This document shows positions 1-11,882 of a DNA stretch of 64,000 bases, piece by piece. Both the position numbers and the translations under genes were made by a program. The notes under the pieces were generated by a model. It saw only the letters and a list, made by a program, of their open reading frames with translations, was not told where the DNA came from and did no database searches. Numbering within the stretch: the first letter of the stretch is position 1; each line of letters begins with the position of its first letter. This DNA is from Octopus bimaculoides (taxonomy: Eukaryota): NCBI RefSeq assembly GCF_001194135.2, contig NC_068985.1, positions 18,191,142-18,255,141 of the forward strand, written 5' to 3'.

Positions 1-154
1 TACAACAGGGGTCTCCACCATCCCCTGCCGGAACCTCGTGGAGCTTTAGGTGTTTTCGCTCAATAAACACACACAACGCTCGGTCTGGGAATCGAAACTG
101 CGTTCCTCCGACCGCGAGTCCGCTGCCCTAACCACTAGGCTACTGCGCCTCCAC
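1..154 (-). mobile_element. tRNA-derived SINE family A, 5' part (runs off the window start)
   Basis: Reverse complement of the GTGGAGGCGCA...GTGGTTAGGGCAGCGG...TTCGATTCCCAGACC head also seen at 14986 and 28086. Confidence 0.85.
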
Positions 155-179
155 ATAATCTCAACTATAATGTCCATAA

Positions 180-484
180 GTGGAGGCACAAGGCCTAGTA
201 GTTAGAGCAGCGGACTTGCGGTCGAGGGATCGCGGGTTCGAATCTCAGACCGGGCGATGTGTGCGTTTATGAGCGAAACACCTAAGCTCCACGCGGCTCC
301 GGCAGAAGGTAATGGCGAACTTCTACTGACTCTTTCGCCACAACTTTCTCTCACTCTTACCTCCTGCATCTTGCAGCTCACCTGCGACGGACCGGCGTCC
401 CGTCCAGGTGGGGAACCTATACGCCAAGGAAACCGGGAAACCGGCCCTTATGAGCTAAGCATGGCTTGAGAAGGAACAAAAACG
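180..484 (+). mobile_element. tRNA-derived SINE family A (variant tail) with 12-bp target-site duplication
   Basis: A/B-box-like head GTGGAGGCACAAGGCCTAGTAGTTAG...GGTTCGAATC and A-rich end. TAATGTCCATAA flanks it at 168-179 and 485-496. Confidence 0.88.
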
Positions 485-1462
485 TAATGTCCATAAAGTC
501 CCTTTACAATTTTAAACATTTATTACAAAAGCAAATAAGTAATTATATCTGTGGAAATTATTACAAAATGAGGAGTAGATATTGGAGTTTTGTTTTTTGC
601 CTCATTTAATACGTCTCTATATGGGCACCATTAGTTACGCGAAGCACATCAAGACGGTTATCAATTTCTTGCCATGCTCGTTGTAGTATAGTCTTATCAA
701 TGGTCGCAATGGCATCAGTGATTCTTTGCTTCAGGACGTTGATGTCCCCTAGCTTTGTCCGATACACGATGTTGTTAATATAACCCCATAGAAAAAAGTC
801 CAGGGGAGTGATATCCGGGGAACGAGGTGGTGAGGGAATTGGGCAATCCCTTCCAATCCACCGGTCTGGGAATGTTTGATTTAGAAGCCCGCGAATATGC
901 AGTCCCAAATGTGATTTATCATTTGGTTCGAGTGCCTGTAAGAGTTGCATTTTGTACGCGTATAATTTCAAGTTCTTGTGTAGGACTTTGTGTACTGTTG
1001 AAAGTGGTAGCTGTAACTGTCTGGCAGCACTACGTATGGACATTGTTGGAGAACTAGCAATGGCTTGTCTTACACGATCGATGTTTTCCTTTGATAATTT
1101 TGGTCGTCCACTCCTTCCTTTATCCAGCACTGTTCCTGTTTTCATAAATTTCTTGTGCCATGCACAAATTGACGGACGTACAGGTGAATGTCTTCCATAC
1201 TTAATCCAGTTGTTTCGCTGGGTCTGCGTGTCCGATTTTGTTTCAATAAACCACGATACACATTGCGCCTTTTCTTGAGGAGTAGCAATTGTTTCATTTA
1301 ACAAAACCTTTCCCATCGACAGAGTCCCTCAAAAACACAAATGCAATGTGGTTTAAAACTTTGATAACCACTGAATACATAGAATAAATCTGATAAACAT
1401 ATCCCATCAATTGCCTTTGTAATAAATGTTTGAAATTATAGAGACCTTGTGGACACCTTGTA
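485..1462 (-). mobile_element. Tc1/mariner-superfamily DNA transposon (DD41D/rosa-like), internally deleted
   Basis: Imperfect TIRs: TGTCCATAAAGTCCCTTTACAATTTTAAACATTTATTACAAAAGCAA on the left, TTGCCTTTGTAATAAATGTTTGAAATTATAGAGACCTTGTGGACACCTTGTA on the right. A transposase ORF lies inside. Confidence 0.85.
606..1316 (-). pseudogene. Transposase ORF (236 aa) with an in-frame deletion of the central catalytic region
   Basis: N-terminal HTH region (EKAQCVSWF...GRSGRP) is joined after LEPNDK directly to C-terminal PPRSPDITPLDFFLWGY. The region carrying the first two catalytic Asp residues is missing. Confidence 0.8.
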
Positions 1463-1472
1463 TATACATTCA

Positions 1473-1503
<31 letters not shown>

Positions 1504-3484
1504 CACACACACACATACACACACACAAACACACACATACAAACATACATACATACATACATACATACATACATACATACATACATACATACATACATGC
1601 ATATGTGTGTGCGTAATAATGTTATTATTTAATTTCATTTCTAAGTTTTTTGCCAATGGAAAGAGAAACGGTTTCTAACCTAGAACCAAGGCCTTTCATT
1701 GGCATTTCAATATCACCAGGGTAGTTTTGCATGTACAGGTAGTTTTGCAGGTACATGTATATATGTACAAGTATTTGGAGACGATGCTTGTGCAGATCTG
1801 AATGTCTTGTTTTTTGTTTTATGTATGTGTGTCTCTTCTGTATTTAACTATTTAAACTCTTCCTCTGAAGAAGGAGCTGGTTTCTAAGAAAGATGCAAAG
1901 CTCCATCTTTAGAATGTAGGTAATGAAAACAATGTCACATTTTAAACCTAAGAAAAGTTTTGAAGAGTTTTACTGTTCTGCTTACAAATTATATTTTTAA
2001 TGTGTGAATCAGTTGATTGATTTCTTTTTCTGAAAATCCAAACATTTGTATGTATGTATGTATGTATGTATGTATGTATGTATGTATGTATGTGACTACT
2101 CATTGACCAATGTTTTTCTTCATCCTACAATGTCTATTAAATCAGCCCTCCTTACCGAAATAAGTTTGGTGGAGTCGCCAGTTTAGTCGCCGACGACTCA
2201 ACTCTGTAACATATTTTCCTGGATTGCTCGTCACCAGTAGCACACAAAAGTGACCTCACACAACAAGGCAAATGAACTTAAAGGGAGTTAATACACATCT
2301 AATAATGTGTACATGTGCACATTAAATATAAGTATATATGGCTATTGGCATTTTTCATTTCATTCGAACGAAGTATGAAAGGAAGAAATAACCTTTATTT
2401 CCATAGCTTCAACGTTGGTGCTAGTAGGCCAATAGGGGTATTTGGTGCAAGTGGCATCATACCATAATGTTGAGGTAGAAGCCATATTGCTGGACAAACA
2501 TATGGAATGATGTTTTATAGTCTGGGCACCTACCAGTAATGAGAAATCTGAAGATCCCTACAGTCACTTTGTCAATTTCTTGCTTTCTCATACGAAATCA
2601 GTTGTCTTGATTTCTGTTTCCACAAGACATATTGTCTGAGAATGAAAAAGTGAGTCGGATGTGTACGTTGCTATTTCTCAGTTTTAATCTTGCACTAGTT
2701 TAGCATCTATATCTAGCAGGTAAGACCGCATGGTACATTATTGAAATAACTCCACCCCACAACAAAGTGTCAAATAGTTTTGTTGTTGTAGTTGAGGTAT
2801 TCTACATGTCTGCAGCAATGAAATACATTTCGTAGTTTCTGGTGTGCAGAAGATATAGTATAAGAGCAGTTGCATTTTTCTTCTCCCACCCCATATGACC
2901 GTGTCCCTGTTTAAATGCTGCATGGTCGGCCATCGTAATCATTGATTAATTATTAATGGCTGAAACTTCTTGGAGCCACACTCGATGCAGCTCTCGTGGC
3001 AATTATCAAATATTTGTGACAATCAAATACCGCAACTTCCTTCGTTTCAGACATACAAAACGTGTAGTATAGCCAGGGCATTTGTACTTCTCTAGTCCCC
3101 TGCCTGGACTCGTTCCCCGTTGAGGTGCCGTACGGTTGACGTCAGCTTCTCTATTCATTACCAATGAACGAACATAACTTTAGATATTTCTTCTTTTCTT
3201 CATTGCTTCTTTTTCTCCTTTTATTTATTTATTCATTTATTTATTTTGTCAGCTGCTAGGTCATCGTCAAATTTGACACCCAATCTATCATATGTATGTA
3301 TAAACATATAGCAGTGTGTGTGTGTTTACACAGAAGTATACACACACACACACACATATATATGTACATATAATACCACGTATGTGCACATATATAGATG
3401 TATCATATAATATATATTACATATATGTATATGTATATAAGTATATATATATATGTATGTATATGTATATGTGTGTGAATATAC

Positions 3485-3521
<37 letters not shown>

Positions 3522-3618
3522 TATATATTTATAATACTACATGTGTATATATATACACGAATTATATGATATATATTATCATATATGGTATGAATATATG
3601 TATATATATATATGTGTG

Positions 3619-3654
<36 letters not shown>

Positions 3655-3665
3655 TTGTGTGTGTA

Positions 3666-3725
<60 letters not shown>

Positions 3726-3728
<3 letters not shown>

Positions 3729-3930
3729 AATGAAAAAATGCATGGTGAATAAACATACGACATAACGGATACGGAGTGTAAATACTCAGTTTCGCATTAA
3801 AGGTGCGAAACTGAGTATTAGCAATTGGTTGATAACTGATGAAGAATTAGGGACCTTCTGTGTTTGTCCCCCGTCCGTTTTTTACACTCTGTATACGTTA
3901 TGTCGTTTGTTTATTTACCATGTATTTTTT
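3726..3930. repeat. Fold-back copy of a PLE-tail-like repeat
   Basis: About 55-bp outer inverted arms (3726-3783 and about 3878-3930) and a perfect 16-bp inner hairpin AATACTCAGTTTCGCA-ttaaagg-TGCGAAACTGAGTATT (3781-3819). An unfolded copy lies at 16088-16220. Confidence 0.7.
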
Positions 3931-4006
3931 CATTACGTAATGGAGGGCAAGACACTGAATTTCTATGTGTATATATATATATAAAATATATAGTTTTAGG
4001 GAAAAT

Positions 4007-4102
4007 AACCAAGTTTCAAGAACTCATCGATGAAAATGCACTATCACATATATATCTATATGTGATAGTGGATTTTCATCGATGAGTTCTTGAAACTTGG
4101 TT
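4007..4102. repeat. Near-perfect palindrome (about 47-bp arms) abutting an N gap
   Basis: AACCAAGTTTCAAGAACTCATCGATGAAAATGCACTATCACATATA and its reverse complement, with 1 mismatch. Confidence 0.85.
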
Positions 4103-4290
4103 NNNNNNNNNNNNNNNNNNNNNNNNNNNNNNNNNNNNNNNNNNNNNNNNNNNNNNNNNNNNNNNNNNNNNNNNNNNNNNNNNNNNNNNNNNNNNNNNNN
4201 NNNNNNNNNNNNNNNNNNNNNNNNNNNNNNNNNNNNNNNNNNNNNNNNNNNNNNNNNNNNNNNNNNNNNNNNNNNNNNNNNNNNNNNNNN

Positions 4291-4338
<48 letters not shown>

Positions 4339-4435
4339 ATACATATACATACATATATATATACACACGCACACACACACTCACATATATATACACACGT
4401 ATATGCATACATACATACATACATACATACATACA

Positions 4436-4467
<32 letters not shown>

Positions 4468-4777
4468 CATATACATATATATGGGAACAGGATGTCACCA
4501 ACTCTGTAAACAACATGAAGTACGAAAATAAACGAGTTAAATACGCAAACAATGAGAGCAAAAAAAAAAGAAGAAAATAGGACAAGTAACATAGAGAACG
4601 ACCCTACATCAGTTGTCGGCTGTCTATCTACTCCTCATTTCGAGAATTTCGTACTTCATGTTGTTTACACAGTTGGTGACATCCTGTACCCATATATGCA
4701 TATGTATGTATATGCCTGTATATGTCTGTGTGCGTATACATATATATATACTATTTATATTATTATTATATATATAC

Positions 4778-4935
4778 GACAGGCTTCTTTCAGTTTCCCT
4801 CGACTAAATCCACTCATAAGGCTTTGGTCGGTCTGAGACTATAATAGAAGACACTCGCTCAGAGTGCCACGCAGTGGAACTGAACTCGGAGCCATGTGTT
4901 TGGGAAGTAACTTTCTTTCCACACAACCACGCCAG
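4778..4935 (-). mobile_element. SINE family C head (tRNA-like plus CORE/MESC-like domain)
   Basis: Reverse complement reads GGCGTGGTTGTGTGG...GAGTTCAGTTCCACTGCGTGGCACTCTGAGCGAGTGTCTTCTA...AAACTGAAAGAAGCC. Confidence 0.75.
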
Positions 4936-5814
4936 TTCCTATAGATATAAATACACGTATTTAATATCTGTCTGCCTGTCTGTCTGTCTATATGTATGTA
5001 TGTATGTAGTGAGTAGGGATCTGGGAATTCAGGCGGCTACGATTACCGCAAGCAGCACTCTTGCGAACATTGTCTATCAGAATATGTAGGAATGGAAATT
5101 TCTAGAGTAGAAGCAACAGTTTCATTCAAACTGAAATTCCAGAAGTTTACCTTTAGTTGCAGAGTATAAATAATACGGAAAGAATAGAATTAATGTTAAA
5201 TTTATTCCACGGTTTACAATTGTATCAATAACGTGTTGTTGACAAGTCATACAATATCGTTGAAGATATGGGAGAGAGGAGCAATGATCCTGTCATATTG
5301 GTCATATTCGTATTATATAATGATTGTTTGTCAGTCATTATATAATACAAATTATTTAATCGATATGACAATATCGTTGGTTTCTTTCAAGTTTTCAAAG
5401 ATATTGTATGATCTGTTACACTCACATTATTGAAAATTTGTAAGCCATGAAATGAATGCAATACCAAAAACTATATTCTTCGTTTGTTTCATGTATGTGC
5501 ATGTGTGTGCGTATGTATAATACATACATACATATATATATATATANNNNNNNNNNNNNNNNNNNNNNNNNNNNNNNNNNNNNNNNNNNNNNNNNNNNNN
5601 NNNNNNNNNNNNNNNNNNNNNNNNNNNNNNNNNNNNNNNNNNNNNNNNNNNNNNNNNNNNNNNNNNNNNNNNNNNNNNNNNNNNNNNNNNNNNNNNNNNN
5701 NNNNNNNNNNNNNNNNNNNNNNNNNNNNNNNNNNNNNNNNNGACAGACAGACAGACAGACAGACAGAGACAGACAGACAGACAGAGAGACATGCAGACAG
5801 ACAGACAGACAGAC

Positions 5815-5886
<72 letters not shown>
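5815..5886. repeat. (GATA)n microsatellite preceded by (GACA)n
   Basis: Direct reading. Confidence 0.95.
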
Positions 5887-5889
<3 letters not shown>

Positions 5890-5959
5890 TGGGATAAGAC
5901 AAAAGGCCTTATATATAGGCGAAAATGAATCCAAACGAAAAGCTTTGGTGAACAAAGTT

Positions 5960-6450
5960 TGTCAATTTTTTTTTACAAAGCTGTAATACTGGCAGAAATG
6001 GTAAAGTAGGAATTGATGCCAAATCTAGACTTGGCAAAGCAATGGCTGCTTTCCAATGTATCAGACCAATATAGTTATGCTCTTCAATTCGCCAAGGGAT
6101 TAAACTTCGTCTATACGCATCTATGATCTTCATCTACGGGATTGTATGCAAGTCAAACATGGATGCAGACGGACAGCATTTGCAATATAGTGAACGTTTT
6201 CCATCGCCGGCGCCTTAGAAATATCCTGCAGCTCACCTAACGTGACCAAATTACAATCGATAAAGTCATAAGAAGAGCTGTCTTGAGTAAACTGCAAAAC
6301 ACTATCACAGCTAGACGAAAGTAAACTGCTTAGCCATTTTTCGCGCTTACCGTTGGAGAGATCGACAAAAACATCAGTCAAAAGTTTGTCTCGTAACTGG
6401 CGTAAAACTCGAGTCGCAAGGGAAAGTCTCAGATTCTATTTTAATGAAAA
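5960..6450 (+). mobile_element. Decayed RTE-clade LINE, C-terminal RT region
   Basis: Broken frames give SRLGKAMAAFQCIRPI...IKLRLYASM and NVFHRRRLRNILQLT*RDQITIDKVIRRA, matching the RTE motif FHRRCLRRIL-I-W-D-I-NEEVL. Confidence 0.7.
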
Positions 6451-6506
6451 ATACTATATCCTCGACAGCATCTACTGAGCACGCTTTACTCATTCGTCCG
6501 ACACTA

Positions 6507-6572
<66 letters not shown>

Positions 6573-6589
6573 ATATAGTTTAAATTTAC

Positions 6590-7102
6590 AGACAATAAAA
6601 TTCGAAGGCAGGTGAAGGAACAAGCTGCTACATTTGTTTGATGCTCAGGAAGAATGGAAAAGTCTCTGACGTTTCAAGCCTACGCTTGGGATCAGAGGGA
6701 AGAAATGAGAGGGAAAATATGGAGTAAGGAAGAAGAAACGGAGAGGGTTAAAGATGTGTGTGGATTAATGGTTTAACATGATGAAATGACCGGAAGAAAG
6801 AGTGTGCGTGTGTGTGTGTGTGTGTGTACACACACACACACACACACGCACACACACACACACACATATATAGTACGTGTGTGTGTGTGTGTGTGTGTGT
6901 GTGTACACATATAGTTTAAATTTGCAAGCTACATTTGCTTGATGTTCGGGAAGGATGGAAAAGTATTTGACGTTTCAAACCTACGCTCTTCGATAGAAAG
7001 GGGTATGAAGGAAAAAAAATGGAGAGAGCAAGAAAAGGCGGAGAGAGAAATAGATGTGTGGGGATTAATGATTTAACATGATGAAATGACCGGAAGAAAG
7101 AG
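6590..7102 (-). mobile_element. Two tandem diverged copies of a PLE-tail-like repeat with decayed hammerhead motifs
   Basis: 6590-6800 and 6905-7102 align. The minus strand reads ...AAGC-GTAG-GCTT-GAAAC-GTC (6664-6697) and CTATCGA-A-GAGC-GTAG-GTTT-GAAAC-GTC-AAA (6966-6999). Confidence 0.6.
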
Positions 7103-7129
7103 TGTGTGTGTGTGTGTGTGTGTTTCCTT

Positions 7130-7590
7130 TATCATTTACTTGTTTCAGCTATTAGACTGCGGCCATGCTGGGACACTACCCTGAAGAATTCAAGTAGAAT
7201 GAATCGGCCCCAGTATTTTTTTAAGCCTAGTATTTATTCTATCGGTATCTTTGGCCGAACCGCCATGTTACGGGGGCATAAGTACACTAGCACCGGTTGC
7301 CCGGTGGCGGTAGGGGACAAACACAGACACAAAAACACACACACATAGACATACACACACTCACACACATATATATATATATATTAAATAATGAGGGTAG
7401 AATAATATATATATATATACATATATACTTACGACGGGTTATTTCAGTTTCCTTCTACAAAATTCACTTGCAAGATTCTTGTCTGTCCGAGGATGTAATA
7501 GAAGACACTTGCCCAGGATGCATACAGTGGGATAGAAGCCGGAACCATGTGATTGGGAAGCAAGTTTTTTACCACACAGCCACTCCTACA
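7130..7590 (-). mobile_element. Full-length SINE family C with internal (CA)/(TA) microsatellite
   Basis: Head at 7430-7590, microsatellite at about 7330-7430, tail at 7130-7330 (TTACTTGTTTCAG...CTGCGGCCATGCTGG). Confidence 0.8.
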
Positions 7591-8204
7591 CACACACACA
7601 CACACACACACACANNNNNNNNNNNNNNNNNNNNNNNNNNNNNNNNNNNNNNNNNNNNNNNNNNNNNNNNNNNNNNNNNNNNNNNNNNNNNNNNNNNNNN
7701 NNNNNNNNNNNNNNNNNNNNNNNNNNNNNNNNNNNNNNNNNNNNNNNNNNNNNNNNNNNNNNNNNNNNNNNNNNNNNNNNNNNNNNNNNNNNNNNNNNNN
7801 NNNNNNNNNNNNNNNNNNNNNNNNNNNNNNNNNNNNNNNNNNNNNNNNNNNNNNNNNNNNNNNNNNNNNNNNNNNNNNNNNNNNNNNNNNNNNNNNNNNN
7901 NNNNNNNNNNNNNNNNNNNNNNNNNNNNNNNNNNNNNNNNNNNNNNNNNNNNNNNNNNNNNNNNNNNNNNNNNNNNNNNNNNNNNNNNNNNNNNNNNNNN
8001 NNNNNNNNNNNNNNNNNNNNNNNNNNNNNNNNNNNNNNNNNNNNNNNNNNNNNNNNNNNNNNNNNNNNNNNNNNNNNNNNNNNNNNNNNNNNNNNNNNNN
8101 NNNNNNNNNNNNNNNNNNNNNNNNNNNNNNNNNNNNNNNNNNNNNNNNNNNNNNNNNNNNNNNNNNNTATGCGGTCTGTACCTTTCGAAAAATATAACTA
8201 TATA

Positions 8205-8249
<45 letters not shown>

Positions 8250-8600
8250 CAGATTACAAAAAAATGGGACAAGAACGCAACAGGCGACAACAAAATATCC
8301 AGACAGATGATACAAAAAGGGACAAGAAAAAACAAGGACTGGTCATTCGGAGTTTTCTTTCCTCAGTCGAGTTCCATATCATCTTTGCAGTTTCGGCTGG
8401 TTATACTCGATACTGCTCCAATCTGGCCAGCCCCAAGCAAAATCTAAGCTAAGAACACTAGATTCCTTGGAAGAAAGCAGCGAATGTATACGAAAACAAG
8501 GACGGGAAAAAAACGGAGAAATGGTACACAAATACAAATGCAAACAACAGAACATTAACAACAGGTGTCTTTCGACTAAGGACGAATTAAATTAAGCTGG
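8250..8600 (-). mobile_element. Putative PLE-tail-like repeat fragment
   Basis: The minus strand has GGCTGG...CCAGCC-GAAAC followed later by CTGAGGA, a layout like other PLE tails here. It is degenerate. Confidence 0.35.
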
Positions 8601-9324
8601 CGTGTGTGGAAGTGAAGCCTTTCAGCAGGGACATAAGAGATGACATGCATAGGAAGGAATATAGATGTTGCACAGATGGTAGTATAACCAAGAAAGAAAG
8701 GTCAGGCTTAGCAGAACAACGGCCACGTGGAAGGAGAGGAGAGAGGTTGAGGCAGAGGGATACAAGAATTAGGGAGGGACGAGAAAGTAAGAAAAAAGAA
8801 AAGGGACAGAGTGAAGTGAAAGGGGAGAGAAGGCCAAGAAATGTGAGAGAGGGGGGGCGAAAGAAAGAAGAGTGGAAAGAACGAAGTGTGAAGGGCTGAA
8901 AGAAAGTATGAAAGAAAAATTGAGCCTTACAATATATATATATGCATCAGCATCAAAAGTAACATCATCATTTTGCATCTAATTTTCCATGCTTGTATTT
9001 CAACATACGTCGTTGTTTTCGACATTTACATGGGTTTCAGCATTTCATTACGTGTCTTCTGTGTTCTTCCTTTTCTGCAGTTTCGTTACGCAATAAGCAG
9101 CCTTCCTACACATGATGTGTCCGTACCAGTGCTATCGTTTCTATACTGCAAGGCTTTTCCTTCTTACACTCAGCACATTTGTGCTCTGACATTCATGCAC
9201 ACTAATATTACTCACATAAACACACCTACACATACACAGACACATACATACATACATGCATATATATGTGTGTTTGTGTATGTATATACTTATATGTTCA
9301 TATATAATCATGTGTGTATGCGTG

Positions 9325-9398
<74 letters not shown>

Positions 9399-10032
9399 TA
9401 CATATACATATGTTTTTATATATAACTTGATATAAAACATTTATTTACAATAAATAAATATACACATCACATGCATATAACCATATACACATATATGTAT
9501 GCATGCATTTGTGTGTGTGTGTGTGTGTGTGCTTTTGCGTGTGTGTCTGTCAGTCTGTCTGTGTGTATAAAGTCAGTTGGTGTAAAAGGCTTTATATACT
9601 CCCCACTGAATGATTTATTTCTCGGATTTTCTGGATTTTCAGTTACCCAGAAACATTACATTACACCACATCGTAATTGATTGCCACGTGGATTGATAGC
9701 CATTTACAAATGAAGAGCTTACTGTGATGGTCGCATGATTCTCTGAATCTACATTTTATACTACTATTTTATCAATATATAAATATGTATATATGTATGT
9801 ATGTCAAGTCGCTCTTGGGCGCTACTAGTAACATGTAAGCCAGAACAACCTGTTGCATGGCCGGGTCGTCGGCATCTAAACTGGCAGCCTTATCAAGCTT
9901 GCTTGGTGAGGAGGGTGATTATTGGACATCCTGCAGATTCAAGGCTGGTTATACAGTCTCCATGGTGAATAAGTAACACAACTCTAACCCTAACCCCAAA
10001 CAGGACGCTGGTCCGTTTAAGGGTTCAAGACC

Positions 10033-10160
10033 ATCGACCCCGAAAGGATGAAAAGCAAAGATGACCTCGGCAGGATTTGAAAACCGAGCATTAAAAAAGC
10101 TGGAAGAAATTCCACTAAGCATTTTGTACAACGTGCTAACGATTCTGCCAGCTCTCTGCC
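10033..10160 (-). mobile_element. V-domain-type tRNA SINE fragment
   Basis: Reverse complement reads GAGCTGGCAGAATCGTTAGCACG...CTTTGCTTTTCATCCTTTCGGGGTCGAT. Confidence 0.7.
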
Positions 10161-10214
10161 TTTGATCTAACATTAATAAACCAGAAAATAATATCCAGGT
10201 AAGCCATACTATTT

Positions 10215-10500
10215 TCTGACAAAACTAAGAATTTGTATGAGGTAGATAATACTTGATATGAACTGCTGCAAAATCAGAGTGGCAGAAGAGAAAATCCACA
10301 GGCAAGTGACAATATGTACAAAGAAGCTAAAGAGATATAGCAATAAAGTTAGATACAGACAGTAGGATAGAAACAGTAGTGAGGTACAATGACCTCATCA
10401 CAATCAAGTTACCATAGAGCTAACTTCACTTCAAATCCTAAACGAGGTTGATAAAGTTGCTAAATCGGAGAGTGGTAAGGTAAAGCCAACAAACATACTT
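10215..10500 (+). mobile_element. Decayed Penelope-like element, pre-RT coding region
   Basis: Broken frames give SDKTKNLYEV...KEAKEI-IKLDTDSRIE...ITIK-H-RANFTSNPK-LI-VAKSESGKV. This matches, from memory, the PLE motif ADKTRNLY...[29 protein letters not shown]. Confidence 0.6.
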
Positions 10501-11799
10501 GTCTATTACATAGGAGGAATTTCAACCATGTTTCGTGGTCTGCTACCACAACAGCTCCTTTATAGGATCCAGTTAGCTGAAGACATCATCAGGAGGAACC
10601 ACGTCCGGTTTCGGCCCCTACTCCTCTACCGTTTTGACGTGGCGGGGCCCCTCCTTTCGGAGGTGTCTTCAGCTCTGGTGTTGGGTGCATGTCTTCTTTC
10701 ACTGTTTGTGACTGTTCTAATTCAACTGTGGAATGTCCCTCGCTATGGTTATATATTCAAGCTAATCGATTTTTTAAATATTATTGGGTTCTCATCACTT
10801 GATCAATCCCAGAAAAGTAAATAGCCTGCCTCCTTATATATACAACAAATCCAATAGCTTCAGAGAATTGGAGCTACTAATTTGCATACTATCAGTATCT
10901 TATATCACCAACCTACATCATAAACACACACACACACCGCATACAATACACACACACAGTTACATAAATACATACATACATGCATACATACATACATACA
11001 TACATACATACATACATACATACATACACACATACATACATATATACCACATCTATCCATGGATTGATTATTCAAATTAACAGAAAGCTATAAATAACGC
11101 CAATGCAGCTGAGCAGGAGAAAACCGAGAACAGCTTATACAGAATTTGAGAAAAGCTTTCACCAAAAGCATGCAATGACTTCCTAGAATTTTTCGAGGTA
11201 ATAGAACCAGTGGCCATCAAGGAAATATTTGAGCTGATCTCGGCAATGAATGGAAAATGCAAAACGTCAATGCAAAAGATATGGAGAATTTACTAGTCTC
11301 GTAGTTAGAGTTTATTTCTTTAAAAAGCTGCAGGAGTTAGCAGAGCCATGTTTTTAAAGTGGAACTGGAAGACTCAAGAAAGAAAGAACTTTTACAACTG
11401 AAATCTTCCATATCAGCATCACCAAGATTACGGGAATCATAAAGTGGGATGTACGTTGCATGACTCTGACTGGAAGCGCAGTTGTAAGACAAAGAAAAGT
11501 GTTCTGGACGTGGTATGCTGTCGCTGTGAATTGCTTTATGAGTGAAGGTTCGTGAAAGACAGATGATATTCGATGCTTTCTTTGAAAAGAAACCAGCGTA
11601 CGAGGAAGAACTACAGTTTAAACATTCATTTAAACATTCATTTAGACATTCAGTGTAGATATAACATCATCTACTCTACTTGTCACTGGTGTTTTTTAAT
11701 CGAATTAACGGTGAGTAGACATTTGTATGCATAATTGAAGATGATTAACTTACATCATAATTTTATACCATTAGATCTTAATTAAAGTGTGTGTATGAT

Positions 11800-11882
<83 letters not shown>

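Noticed and set aside
2650-3140. Possible exons (donor CAG/GTAAGA at 2720, acceptor TTTCAG at about 3050)
   Set aside because: All three frames hit stops in each candidate. A non-coding exon cannot be excluded.
10575-10674. HDV-like or twister ribozyme assignment for the structured element
   Set aside because: Strand order resembles a pseudoknot, but P3/L3/P1.1 and the twister consensus nucleotides could not be found. It is kept only as an unclassified structure.
11080-11560. Coding-like stretch (QKAINNANAAEQEK...KACNDFLEFFEVIEP)
   Set aside because: It has an internal stop and no recognisable motif. It is possibly retrotransposon ORF1 debris but cannot be assigned.
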